The notes beneath the pieces were generated by a model that did no database searches, was not told the origin of the DNA, and saw nothing but the letters and a program-made list of their open reading frames with translations. The translations under genes and the position numbers were made by a program. Shown here one piece after another: positions 37,200-48,499 of a DNA stretch of 64,000 nt. Source of the DNA: Lama guanicoe (Eukaryota); the NCBI GenBank assembly GCA_013239625.1, contig MU053184.1:16220-80219 (forward strand), written 5' to 3'. Numbering within the stretch: position 1 is the stretch's first letter; the number at the start of each line of letters is the position of its first letter.

Positions 37200-39345
37200 G
37201 GCCACCCTTTTTGTCCTGCAGTATCTGTTCTTGTTCTTTGTGTGTAAAGTTCATATCCTCCAAGCAGCAAATGCAAAAATTCCATCCATTAAATTTTTAC
37301 TCATATGAAAGTCCTAACCCACTAACCACCACTGATATTCTTTGTATAAGGTAGTTGTGGGTGGGGTAGAAACTAAATTTAAATAACCTAAGCACAGATG
37401 TTCCAGTCCTTACTTCTGAGCTAGCTTTTAGACCCACACTGATAATCACAACTGTTTTCTCACCACAGTTCCATGTTCCCTTGACCCTTTTCCAGACCCA
37501 TAGATTGGATGAGATTCTTTTTTTTTAACATTTTTAATTGATTTATGATCATTTTACAATGTTGTGTCAAATTCTAGTGTAGAGCACAATTTTTCAGTTA
37601 TACATGAACATATATATATTCATTGTCACATTTTTTTTCTCTGTGAGCTACCATAAGATCTTGTATATATTTCCCTGTGCTATACAGTATAATCTTGTTT
37701 ATCTATTCTACAATTTTGAAATCCCAGTCTATCTCTTCCCACCCCCCGCCCCCTTGGCAACCACAAGTTTGTATTCTATGTCTGTGAGTCTATTTCGCTT
37801 TTGTATTTATGCTTTGTTTTTGTTGTTGTTGTTTTAGATTCCATAAATGAGCGCTCTCATATGGTATTTTTCTTTCTCTTTCTGGCTTACTTCACTTAGA
37901 ATGATATTCTCCAGGTCCATCCATGTTGCTGCAAATGGCATTATGTTGTCGGTTTTTATGGCTGAGTGGTATTCCATTGTATAAATATACCACATCTTCT
38001 TTATCCAGTCATCTGTTGATGGACATTTAGGCTGTTTCCATGTCTTGGCTATTGTAAATAGTGCTGCTATGAACATTGGGATGAGATTCTTTAACTTACT
38101 TTATTGCTAAGCATACTGAAACCTTTATTCCTGTGAGATCAGAGGCCTTGGCAGTCTTGATTTTATTGTGTTCCCCTGATCAAGGCCACTGGGCAAGGAA
38201 GTAGTAGAAGGCACTCCAGTGAGTCTTCTGGATTTCTGGCCTAATCCGTTTGTCTTTATTGGGTATCAACAGTGTAGTTTCCACCCAGCAATTGGGATCA
38301 TGCACGTGCATCCCAGCCTTTCCTTTCTGTTCAATGGTATGAGAAGCCCACAGTGGTCAGGGGAGTCTCAGCATCCAGTTCATTGGAACCATGACTTCCA
38401 GATCCACTGAGCCCAAAACGATGGGAATGGGAAGCAAAAATTCTTCAAGTGAGTTGTTAGACGCAGTAGTCAGGAGAACCACTCCCAATTCTGCTACTAG
38501 TTTCTTGAACCCAAACATCCTGATTATAGGAAAGATGAACACATACAGAGGCTGCTGGTTCAAGTATGCTTTGCATCCTGCAGGACAGTAGCCTAACCTC
38601 ACAGGGTGTTTCTCCAGCTGGCACTTAACTAAACCATTAGGAAGCTATTTGGCTTCTATTGAACTAGCTGCATCTGACTATAAGCCCAATTAATTCCTCA
38701 ATGAGAGAACATGTCTGACCCTCTTTTGTTATATAATGTCTAGTTGGAGGCAGCACTGTATGGACTATCACAGTCTTGGAAAAGATATTCTGTAAGTCCA
38801 TCAGTAGTGGCCTTAACAGAAGCAGTTTGGGTCAGAATGACAAATATATACCTAAAATGTGTGTCTCATCCTGTGGTTACGAATCATTGGTCACTCCATG
38901 GTCAGAAGGATCTGATGTAATAAGCTTGCTGCCTGGTAGCTGGCGAGTCCCCCAGAGATGGATGCCACTCAGCATTGGTCTCTGGTGGTGGCATGTTGGA
39001 CACTCAGTGTTGGAACGAGATCAGCCTTGATGAGGGTAAGACCATGGTATTCAAAATATGCATAGTTTTCATCCTGCACATAAAGTCACTTTGTGCATGA
39101 GCAGGTCTGTTGGGCAGGTTTCAGATGACTGGGGAAGAGGACTGCCTGACTTCCACAGGACTGGTCATCTTGTCTACTTTATTATTACGAGCTGCCTTCA
39201 CTGTGGATGCCTCTGGTGGGCATTTAAATGGACACATATCTTTCTATTATTTACCTGTTCTGAGAGGTTTGTCCCCATACTTCTCTTTCAAGCTCCTGTT
39301 CTCACTTTCCTAACTTGATTCTGGCCAGCTGTCCTACCTACTTTC
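37200..39345 (-). mobile_element. ERVL internal region: degenerate pol (integrase C-terminus) and dUTPase remnants
   Basis: ORF 38357-38602(-) 'YLNQQPLY...FLLPIPIVLGSVDLEVMVPMNWMLRLP' parallels the ERV-L integrase-end/dUTPase sequence (ALNQHPIY...FLLPVP..L.SAGLEVLVP...LNWKLRLP). Adjoins the PPT and LTR. Confidence 0.8.
37521..38078 (-). mobile_element. Young 5'-truncated L1 with perfect 14-bp TSD
   Basis: TSD ggatgagattcttt at 37507-37520 and 38079-38092; TT|AAAG endonuclease site on the - strand. ORF 37834-38076 'MFIAALFTIAKTWKQPKCPSTDDWIKKMWYIYTMEY'. Confidence 0.95.
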
Positions 39346-40502
39346 CCTGAGACAGAGGAGAACCTCTGTCATTTCTCCCTCTACAGGTTGTGTAATCTTG
39401 GCAGGTGGATATATTTCAGGGAGTTCATGAACTTGGTTGGGAAAAAAAAATTAAATCTCCATTTTCACTAACAGCTAAGTGAAATTTGGAATTTCTTTCG
39501 ATTATGAATGTAGTTAATAACCCATGCTCGTGTTAGTAGTTCCTGTGATTTTGTAATGAGTGAAAATCACACAGTACAGTTTGTGGAGCTTTTAAAATAT
39601 CATCTGTGCATCACTGCTTTGAAAATACAGCAGTTCTTAGACTTGTTGCTAGAAAAAACATAATCTTAATCCTCCCATATGCATATGCTCGTGCGATGGT
39701 GCCGCTCAAGGTGGACTTGTTCTCATTTTGGTAATCCAGACATCTATGGTGCTTTTCAGGATTTCCTGCCTACAACTGTTGGTTGATAAGTTTGTGAAAA
39801 TAGTTCAGTAGTTTTGGGAGTTGCTAAGGGCTTGAAAAACTGATGGTTCAAATGAGAATTCTTGATTCTGTATAGGCTATTTCCAAATTTGAATTTGCCA
39901 AATAAAGGAGCCTCATGCTACTGGAGAAATGGTAGTAAAGCCATATAACACTAGGCAAAGCTGGGCTGGTTTGTGGACTGGTGCGGAAGAAAGAAGCTGA
40001 TAGCAACACCCTTGTTTAATGGTGAGATCTGGTCTGGAAGAGCTGACTTGAAGATGACATTCTGAAGCCTGTCACTGAGAATTAGCAGCTTTGCCATTTG
40101 GCCGGATGCAAACAGACGTGATGCACAGTAGCCAGCTCCTTGCATTTGCTCCTGTGTACATGCTGCTGCGTTGAAAGAATTCTTATTTTGTGAGTCCCTT
40201 TTGTAAACTACAGATACCTTTAGTAATCTGGAAATGGTAAAAAGGTCCCCCACCCCTAAAACAGAAATTTGCCTGGAAAGAAAAGCTTCAGACACTGCAC
40301 AGATGTTGCTTCTGTAACACCTGATGATGCATCTGCTCTTGGTCTACCGTGAAACCGGAAGCTTCTTACAGTTGTGTCATTAACTCCTTTTCACACCGAT
40401 GTGTTCACATCATGTCTAAAGTCTTCCAGCAGTCCTGAAAGAAGTTTGATAAATAACCATAAAGTTGTCAAGTTTATCAGGAGCAGGTTTCAGAATGATA
40501 GA

Positions 40503-40629
40503 TTTTTTCTTTTTCTTTTTTTTTACGTCTTCCAGTAACCAGAGCTCTTTAAAATAATATTTTATTTACTTTTATTTTACAGCTGATTTACAATGTTGTG
40601 TTAGTTTCAGGTGTACAGCAAAGTGATTC

Positions 40630-40674
<45 letters not shown>

Positions 40675-40790
40675 TGAAATGAGTCCATAAATGCAGGCGA
40701 GACTCTACCCTGGGCCCAGCAGGCTCCTGGCCCTTGGGTGACCAGAGGGGAGAGCCCCGCTGGGACACATAGGACATCTCCTCCTACAGT
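40503..40790 (-). mobile_element. Composite L1-mediated insertion inside the Charlie transposase
   Basis: TSD gaatgataga/gaatcataga (40493-40502, 40791-40800); T-tract at 40503-40524; L1 3' terminus at 40561-40630; (AT)n; GC-rich non-collinear block at 40673-40790. Confidence 0.75.
40632..40672. repeat. (AT)~20 microsatellite
   Basis: Direct read; expansion of the native TA tract of this L1 3'UTR. Confidence 0.97.
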
Positions 40791-42469
40791 GAATCATAGA
40801 ACTTAAAAAAGATTTTGTCCAGAAATAAGAGCAGAATATGAGGAACTCTTGTCCCACACAGGGGTCCTCTGGCAAAAGAGCCTGCTAGCTACTGCTGTCA
40901 AACTAAAGACAGAATTTTACCTTTTCTCAGAGAAAAAAAAAAAAACACTCTTGAAACTTTCTGAAAGAATTTTATCCATGGGTTGGCTTACCTTGCAGAT
41001 GTTTTAACCACATAAATAAGATAACTGTTTGAATTCAGGGTCTTGAAGTTATCATTGTGGATGCTACTGAAAAATTTGAAAAACCTTTCCTTGCCTTAGC
41101 TACTGATAGAGAAGAAAAAAGCGAAGGCCAGTGTCCTTACAAACTTACAAGTGCTGGAGGACTTGCTTTTCCAAGGTGGAGCTGAGATACAAAATTCTCT
41201 GTCAATTTCTTTGAAAAGATAAATCTGAAAACACCTGGAAGCTCTTCAGAAGTTTTTCGAAATACATCGCTATCTGATGGCACCAAAGTTGAATTAGAGA
41301 TTCACAGTCCTTCTTTTTCTGATATAAACTATATCGAAGATGTGGACTGCACCAAAGAGGAACATGTTGATCGTAGGACCAAAGACTCACTCCAGTGGAA
41401 GTTTAAAACGGCCTTGACAGGTATTGGTGTTCCTTGGGAGAAGCTTGTCTTGATCTTGTGAAGCGAGCTATGGAAACTTTAATTCTACTTGTAATATTGT
41501 ATCTTTGTGAATAAGAATTTTTAACATTTGTAATCATTAAAACAAAAGTCAAAATTAATTGCACGTCCAAATTTACGTGCATGTTGCCAGCCAGTGATCA
41601 CCCCAGAGCTGAGTGTTATTTTTCATACTCCACAACAAGAGACTTTGCACTGCCGTGCCTCTTAAAAAATACGTACGCCCTCAACTTGCCTATAGTGTAT
41701 TGTCTTGGTGTTTAATACACTAGTAGGTAAGCATATGTGTTGTATGTTACAAATACACGACTATATACACGTGCCTATATACATAAGTTCACACTATATA
41801 TAACTAAATATATGTATGTAAACTATATTCCAATATGATTGGCTTCCTGTGTAGTATGTGTTTTATTTTATGCATTTGAAATTATTAATCAGGAAAAGTG
41901 TCCACATACTTCACCAGATTGCCAAAGAGGATAAGGGATGTAAAAAAGTTAAGAGGCCCTGTTCTAAATGCAGCACCAACCAAAGTTGCTCCCACTGGGA
42001 GGGAGCCAGTCAGGGAACAAATAACTACTGAACTCTTTCTCCCTTGATCCTTTGCTCAAGTTCTTATTCTCTGAACCCTCCAGAAGCTAGAGCAAGGGAG
42101 ACTTCCGGTATATTCACAGAAGTCACCCTGCAAGGACAGGCAACTGAGTGGGGGAGACTAAAACGTGAATCTGGAACGGGTGATGGAAGATGCCTGGAGA
42201 CTTTCTCTTCTCTTCCTCCCTGTGCTGTATTACGCCACCACACACTTTATGCCTCTGTCACAGCAACAGTGCGTTATTTCAGTTCTGCTCAGCAGACATT
42301 TCCGAGCACTTAATAGAATTCTGGCTTCTTCACATACTATCTTAACACTTGAAAAGTGGACATGGGCATCTCCACTTTACAGAGAGAGCAAGCTTGGTCG
42401 CATAGTTAGCAAATGATAGAGCTGACTGAATGCAGGACCTTCCAACACTTTTTACCTGCCCTTTTTGCT

Positions 42470-43585
42470 CTTTGAAAGCATCATTAGAAATAGAAAGAAA
42501 TATGAAAAAGACAAGCCACAGAATGGGAGAAAATAGTTGCAAATGACATATGTGATAGAGGACTTGTATTCAGAATATAAACAGTTCTTTCAACTCATTA
42601 CTAAAACAAACAGCCCAATAAAAAGTGGGCCAATCATTTGAACAGACCTTTACTGGAGATACGATGTTGTAAGCACATGAAAAGGTGTTTAACACCATTA
42701 TTCATTAGAGAAATGCAAATTAAAGCCACAGTGAGTTAAGATAGGCTCAAGGATGTATTGTACAACATGGGGAATATAGCCAATAATTTTATAATAACTG
42801 TAAATGGAAAATAACCCATAAATGTTGTATAAAAATTAAAAAAAAAAGTACAATGATACATCACATACATTTACTAGAATGGCTAACATGAAAAAAATTG
42901 ACAATACCAAGTGCTGGTAAAGATGCAGTGCAACCAAAAACCTTAGTCATTGTTGGTGAGAATGCAGTGTCATAGGCACCATGGAAAAGTCTGGCAACAT
43001 CCTACAGTGTTAAGTACTTCCCATACAGCCACGAAATCCCACTCCTAGGTCTTTACTCATGAGAAAGGAAAACAAATGTTCATACAGACTTGCACCCAAG
43101 TGTTCATAGCAAATTTATTTATAATATCCCCGAACTGGAAACAACCCAAATGTCCATCAACTAGTGAACGGACAGATGGATAAACAACTTATGTTCAGTG
43201 GCATTGCTACCCAGCAAAATAAAGGGCTAAACTACTGACACAAACAACAACATGAATGAATCTCAAAAGCTTTATGTTAAACGGCAAAGTCACACAAAAG
43301 ACTACATAGTTTATGATCCCACCTGTGTGAAATTCTAGAAGGGCAACTAAGTGTAAGGGTAGAAGTCACATCAGTGGTTGCCAGGTCTGGGGTGTGGGAA
43401 AGAGCGACTTCAAACAAAGGTGAGGGAGCTGTGCAGGGTAATGGGAATATTCTATATCCTGACAGTGGAGGAAGTTACATGACGATAAATGTCTGTCAAA
43501 CCTCAGAACTGAACACCTAAAATGGATGGATTTACTTCATGTAAATTATACCTCAATAAATCTCACATTAAAATTAAAAAAAAAT
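42470..43585 (+). mobile_element. L1MB/ME-like ORF2 end plus 3'UTR, with a short younger L1 tail inserted at ~42735-42848
   Basis: 'aagcacatgaaaaggtgtt...ttagagaaatgcaaattaaagccac', 'aactggaaacaacccaaatgtccatcaac'. Insert 'tgtacaacatggggaatatagccaata...aaaaaaaaaa'. Confidence 0.85.
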
Positions 43586-43599
43586 TGAATAAGTCTCTT

Positions 43600-44420
43600 C
43601 TCCTTTCCAAATGGCTTCTCCTCCAGCACTCTCTGCCTCAGGAACTGGCTCCACCTTCCATCCAGGTCCCCAGCTCTGATATCTGTGTCGTAACTGATTC
43701 CTTCCTTTCCGACAACACCAATAACAAGCAGTTGTAAAATCAAGCAAATTGTTCCTCCTTTAAAACTCCTGAATCTCTCTTTACCTCTGCCTCCCCACTG
43801 TTTGCTTTCTGCCCCCACCAGTATCACACCTTACCTGGAATTATTGTGAAAAAGTTAGCAAAGGCCCGATCGTGAAGAGATGATAGTGTTAATCCTATAG
43901 GCAATGGATGGGGAATACTGAGCGGTTCTGAGCAGGAGAATGCCACGAGGATATGTGCGTTTCTGATGGATCCACTCAGCAGCAGTGAAAGGGGCAGTGC
44001 CTGCATCAGAGCCGCTTACTTTTTTATCATCATTTACTGTCACCCTCACATAAACAACCTGTGCCCTGTAACCTCACAGTACTTCTTTAGTTTGCATGAA
44101 GCACGTGGGGTTCTCAGCATGCATTATGCAAAAAAATTATTCTCTGTATCAGATGTTCCCTTGCTCCACCCTTCACTTGGCCAGCATGGTCACCCTGCAG
44201 ACACTCTATGCAAGCATACCATCACTCTGGAAAGGCTTTCCTGAGATCTCTGTTTGGGCAGCACTCCCTTCTAAGTGTCCTCGTGGCACCTATGTCTTGA
44301 ACATAGAACTTGCTGAATTTTATATTGGAAGACTTAAGCTTTTGAATGTAGGTCCTTTGTCTTTTTCAGCCACTTATACCAAGAACTCAGCATAAGTCCT
44401 GTTTCATAGTTGAACCAAAT
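43600..44420 (+). mobile_element. L2 fragments
   Basis: 'gaactggctccaccttccatccagg', 'gactttaagcttttgaatgtagg'-type L2 3' text; a short antisense piece at ~43860-43995. Confidence 0.5.
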
Positions 44421-47159
44421 TTTTGTTGGGCAAGTGTTCAATAGAAATGTCCACTGGACAGAATTCCTAGACACACAGCCTGAAGGAACCCTCCTGAACT
44501 GGGGTTTTAGGATGATGAAGCTGGAATACTTGAAGTTGCAGATTTCCTGGCGTTGGGCCTCTTCACAGCCACAGCCTCCCAGGGCCTCGCTCCCTCCCTG
44601 CCTCTGCCACCTCTTGGTGCTGATCTACCAAGCAGCTCCCAAGCTGTTTCCCAAATCCAGGCTGACGTGGACTTTTCTCTGACTCAGGCTATTTCATGGC
44701 CAGTGGTCCATAAATCATGGAGTGAAACTTGCATTTGTAGAGTCCCTTGAAGAGGATTATTAGAGAAATAACCTAATAAACAGGATGTATTATTTAGGGA
44801 AGGGTAGGAAGGTGGTGAACAATTTTATTCTACTCCAAATATAGAGCTTTTACTGTCTGCCAGCTTGATCACCACCAAACTTTAACTGGAAGGATAGCAT
44901 ATAAAGGGGTCTACTTTAAAGCACTTACTGCCTGTGGGCAACTTCCATTAATGCTGTTAGGGGTTGTGTGCCCTCGTGAAGGAGAGAAGTGAAGCCAGAC
45001 CATGTGTGGCTGTGGCTTCAGGAGATGCTATTAGAGTCCCCTGCAAGTTAGCCTCCTGGTTTTTTCTTCCAGAGCCAACTCACTTCTCCCCTATTAAGCA
45101 AAAGGCTCTGACTCCCTAGGAAATGTGTGTGTAAGTAGGTGACTTTGAAGCAAGGCAAGAACAGGGCCTCGTCCTGGAGAAAGGTCGATTGGGAAGATAA
45201 ATGCTCCCTCTGTGTCCATACTTCACACCAGTGAATAGAGTGATAGTCAACCTGTTTATTTTCCAGCAAAGGGGACGTGGCCATGTGACACGTGAAGAAA
45301 GAGCCTGCATTTACCTCCCAGGTATTTGACCCTGTCCTTCTGAGAGCTACTGGGCATATTTCAAGTCTAAATCCACAGGAGAGCATTTCCAGAGCACACG
45401 GCCCCAGCATTTAGACAGAGATGAGGAAACAACCTGAACCGAGATGCATTAAGGAAATCCAATTCCATGACCTTCATGTGTGTCAAGTACAATGCTCGCA
45501 CCTCGTGTTGTGTTTTGGTAATGTGACTTGACTGTCATTTTTCTTCCCCCCATACTGCCTGGTGGTTTCTATCAAGTTCCTACCTTAGGAGTTCCTGTAG
45601 GAAGCACACGATTAATCTTTTATAGACCTGTTCACCTGGACTTGAAGGTAGTTTGTTTACAACATTGTCATTTGTGTGAACTCTGAGTCCCCTCTAGGGA
45701 GCGTGTTTGTTGAGCCAAGGTCCTGGCTGAAAGAAATGATGGGTTCAGTTCAGCTTGAGGAAACATGTAGAGCTTCCTGGTTTCAACTCAGTGGGGGTGA
45801 TTTTTAGAGATAGACTTAGTGACTGATAAACATGTGTTTTGTTTACAGGAATCACGACCCTCTGTGTGTCTGTCTGCATTTGTGTGAGGGACCATAGGGG
45901 CATGGGCATGCTCAGCCTGAACAAAACTGTGTCCCATTCCAGGGTCATGGCTTTCCAAGCTTTTTTTTTTTTAAGTAGCAGAAATCTATCCTCAAAATTT
46001 CGTAAGAAACCGACATATTTAACAGAAAAATTGGGAGATATTTTAGTAGCAAAACGTATTTTATAAGGTCAATACTTGATACACAGTTAATCAATGAAAG
46101 CAGAGAAGTGTCTGAGGAACACAAATTTAGAACTGCTAGTGATTGATGACAATCGCAATCTTTTATCATTTTCAGCATCTGCTTTATTTCTGTTTCTTCA
46201 TATTTAGGTTGTACTGTATCAAGAAAAGCCAGATTTACATAAGTCAGTAATTGCAAGTTGTACATTTTCTATCAGCTTACCTTACAATCTCAGAATACTC
46301 TCGCACTAAAAGAAAAGGCCAGAGAAGCTTTTATTCTGAGGTCTCAATAAAAATGAAGTTTTCTGGAAGCTCCAATGAACATGTTGGTAGTTTCCTTTAT
46401 GTTAAGATTTGGGGATGTAACTTATTTGCATGTCAACGTACTTTACAATAGTTTGATAAATAAAAACGTTTCAAAAATGAGATTTGAGCGTTGTGGTGCT
46501 GTAGCGTGTGGAGTAAACGCACTCTACTGTACCCTGTCTCTGCCACTAAAAGCAAAGAGCAGCTATTTGAAGACTCAGAAAAGTAAATGGTAGCAGGCAG
46601 ATTGTGGAAGGAGCCCAGAATTTGAGGTTCTCCCAAACCAATGGTGAGGAGTTTCTGTTTTTCTTTTCCTCTGATACCACCTGGTTTGTACTCGAAGCCA
46701 GCCCTGAACCTGGAGATGCCCACTGGGCGTGGAAACAAAAACTGAAGAGAACTCCTCTCAACTGGTCTGAGGAGCAGGAATAAGGTGCCTTCAGGTTAGA
46801 GAAAGTGGGAGAAGTCTTTGGTATGTCCCCTCTTCTTCCACGCCCTGTCTCTAGGCAGCACAGTGAGAACAGAGGCATCAGACAGGTGCCTAAAATGCTA
46901 AGGGCAGGGATCCTTTCTGACCAGAACACCTGTAGCCCTGAGTGTGGAATGACCCTCTGCTGGTTTTTTTTTATTTTCCCCTCTGTGTGCTCCCACTGCT
47001 TGGCCGTCACAACACACAATTGTGGGAAGTTCATGGCAGAGTGGTGGAAGTGGGGTCCCAGCCTTCTGGATGGAGGACTGGGAAGAGGGGCCCTCAGAGC
47101 CTGGAAGTGTTGGGGAGATTGTGCAGAGAAGAGAGGTCATGTGAATAATCTCATAAAAT

Positions 47160-48495
47160 TGTATATGAATTTCTAGGTTCCCTTCTGAAGCTACACATGA
47201 GTGAATCGGACCCTAAGCAGGATATCAAAGGCTTTGAGAACTGAACCACAAGGTGGATCATCACTGAGCTTCCAGACTGGCCACTCTGACCCAGATGCAG
47301 GGCAGATCTAAACAGCACAACAAACACGTTGAAACCTGAACTGATATCATAACCATAGCCCATAGAAAGCAGGTTAGAACTTGCAGCCTGGTCTTCTAAA
47401 TAGGGGATTACTTACTAAAACAAACAAAAATCAACATTCTTCTTAGGATCTGTACAAGACTGAGTCTCATAATTTAAAAATGTCCAAGATACAACTCGAA
47501 CTTAATATTTGAAGAACCAGGAAAAATTCAACACTGAAGAGAAAAGATAAACAAACTCCAACCTTAGAAGGCAGAGATACTGGAATTATCAGGGATATTA
47601 TAGCAGATAATATAAACATGCTTTGAGAAATAAGGTAAAACATTCTTGAAATTAATAGAAAGAAAGTCTCAGCAAAGAGATAAAAGATGTTAAGAAGAAT
47701 CAAAAGGGAATTAACTTAAAAATACAATATCCAAAATAAAAAAATTTCACCAGATGGGCTCAATAGCAGGGAAAAAAGCCAGTGAACTGGATGATAGTTC
47801 AATAGAAATATCCAGTTTGAACAACAGAGAGAAAAAAGATTGAAAAATAAATAGAGTCTCAGGAACCTGTAGGACAATATGAAAAAAATGAGATTTGGAT
47901 AACATATCTGTGGATCAAAAATATTTATAAACATTAAGTCAAACCACTAGTTATATGCAGGCAAAACGTTTTCCTTTCCTTGAGGAATTGATATGTTATT
48001 GCTTAAAGACAGTGAGAGAAATGTAACGTATCACTGCTTATTTCCCCTGTCATTTTGGTTGCCAGGGAACTATGAGTTAAATTTCAAGTCCATCTATAAT
48101 CATAAGTTTGGAACCTTCCAGACAGCTTTTTCCTTATTTATTTCCAGTGCGAAAGGCAAGAAAAAAAAAGTGGTGAAATTGGAAAAGAGCAAGCAAAACT
48201 GTTGCTATTAGCAGATAACATGAGACTGTCTTCATAGAAAACTTACGGAGTTAAAAAAAAATGCTAGAACCGATAAGTGAATTTAGCAAGACTGGTGGCT
48301 ACAAAATCAATATACAAAAATCAATTGTATTTCTAAATATTGTCATGACCAGTTAGAGAATGAAAATTTAAAAGAACCATTAATTTATAAGAGCATCAAA
48401 ACAATAGATACCTAGGAATACCTTAAGGAAAGATGTGGAAGGTCTGCACAGTAAACACTACAAAATACTGCTGAGAATGATTCAAGCAAATTGAA
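47160..48495 (+). mobile_element. Old L1 fragments (5'/ORF1 region and ORF2 RT piece)
   Basis: ORF1-like 'aaaaatttcaccagatgggctcaatagc...aggaacctgtaggacaat'. RT piece 'aggcaagaaaa...aaaactgttgctattagcagataacatg' (LFADDM region). Confidence 0.75.
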
Positions 48496-48499
48496 AAGT

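Larger units (their letters stand above)
39384..41961 (+). mobile_element. hAT Charlie (Charlie2-like) DNA transposon with disrupted transposase
   Basis: Right terminus 'aaaagttaagaggccctg' followed by ttctaaat (Charlie-type target). Transposase motifs in order on +: KEPHATGEMVVKP, FAIWPD, KEFLFCE, CTDVA, KVVKFIRSR, LLSHTGVLW, LAYLADV, YLCE*EFLTFVIIKTK. Many stops and frameshifts. Confidence 0.85.

Noticed and set aside
39660..41560. Possible processed pseudogene or domesticated ZBED-like gene; also - strand ORF 39951-40295
   Set aside because: The motifs sit between Charlie terminal sequences and are broken by stops, frameshifts and an L1 insert. The - strand ORF is antisense shadow.
46560..46650. 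ATG|GTGAGG donor as an alternative coding first exon
   Set aside because: No supporting promoter or acceptor context; the upstream ATG frame stops early.
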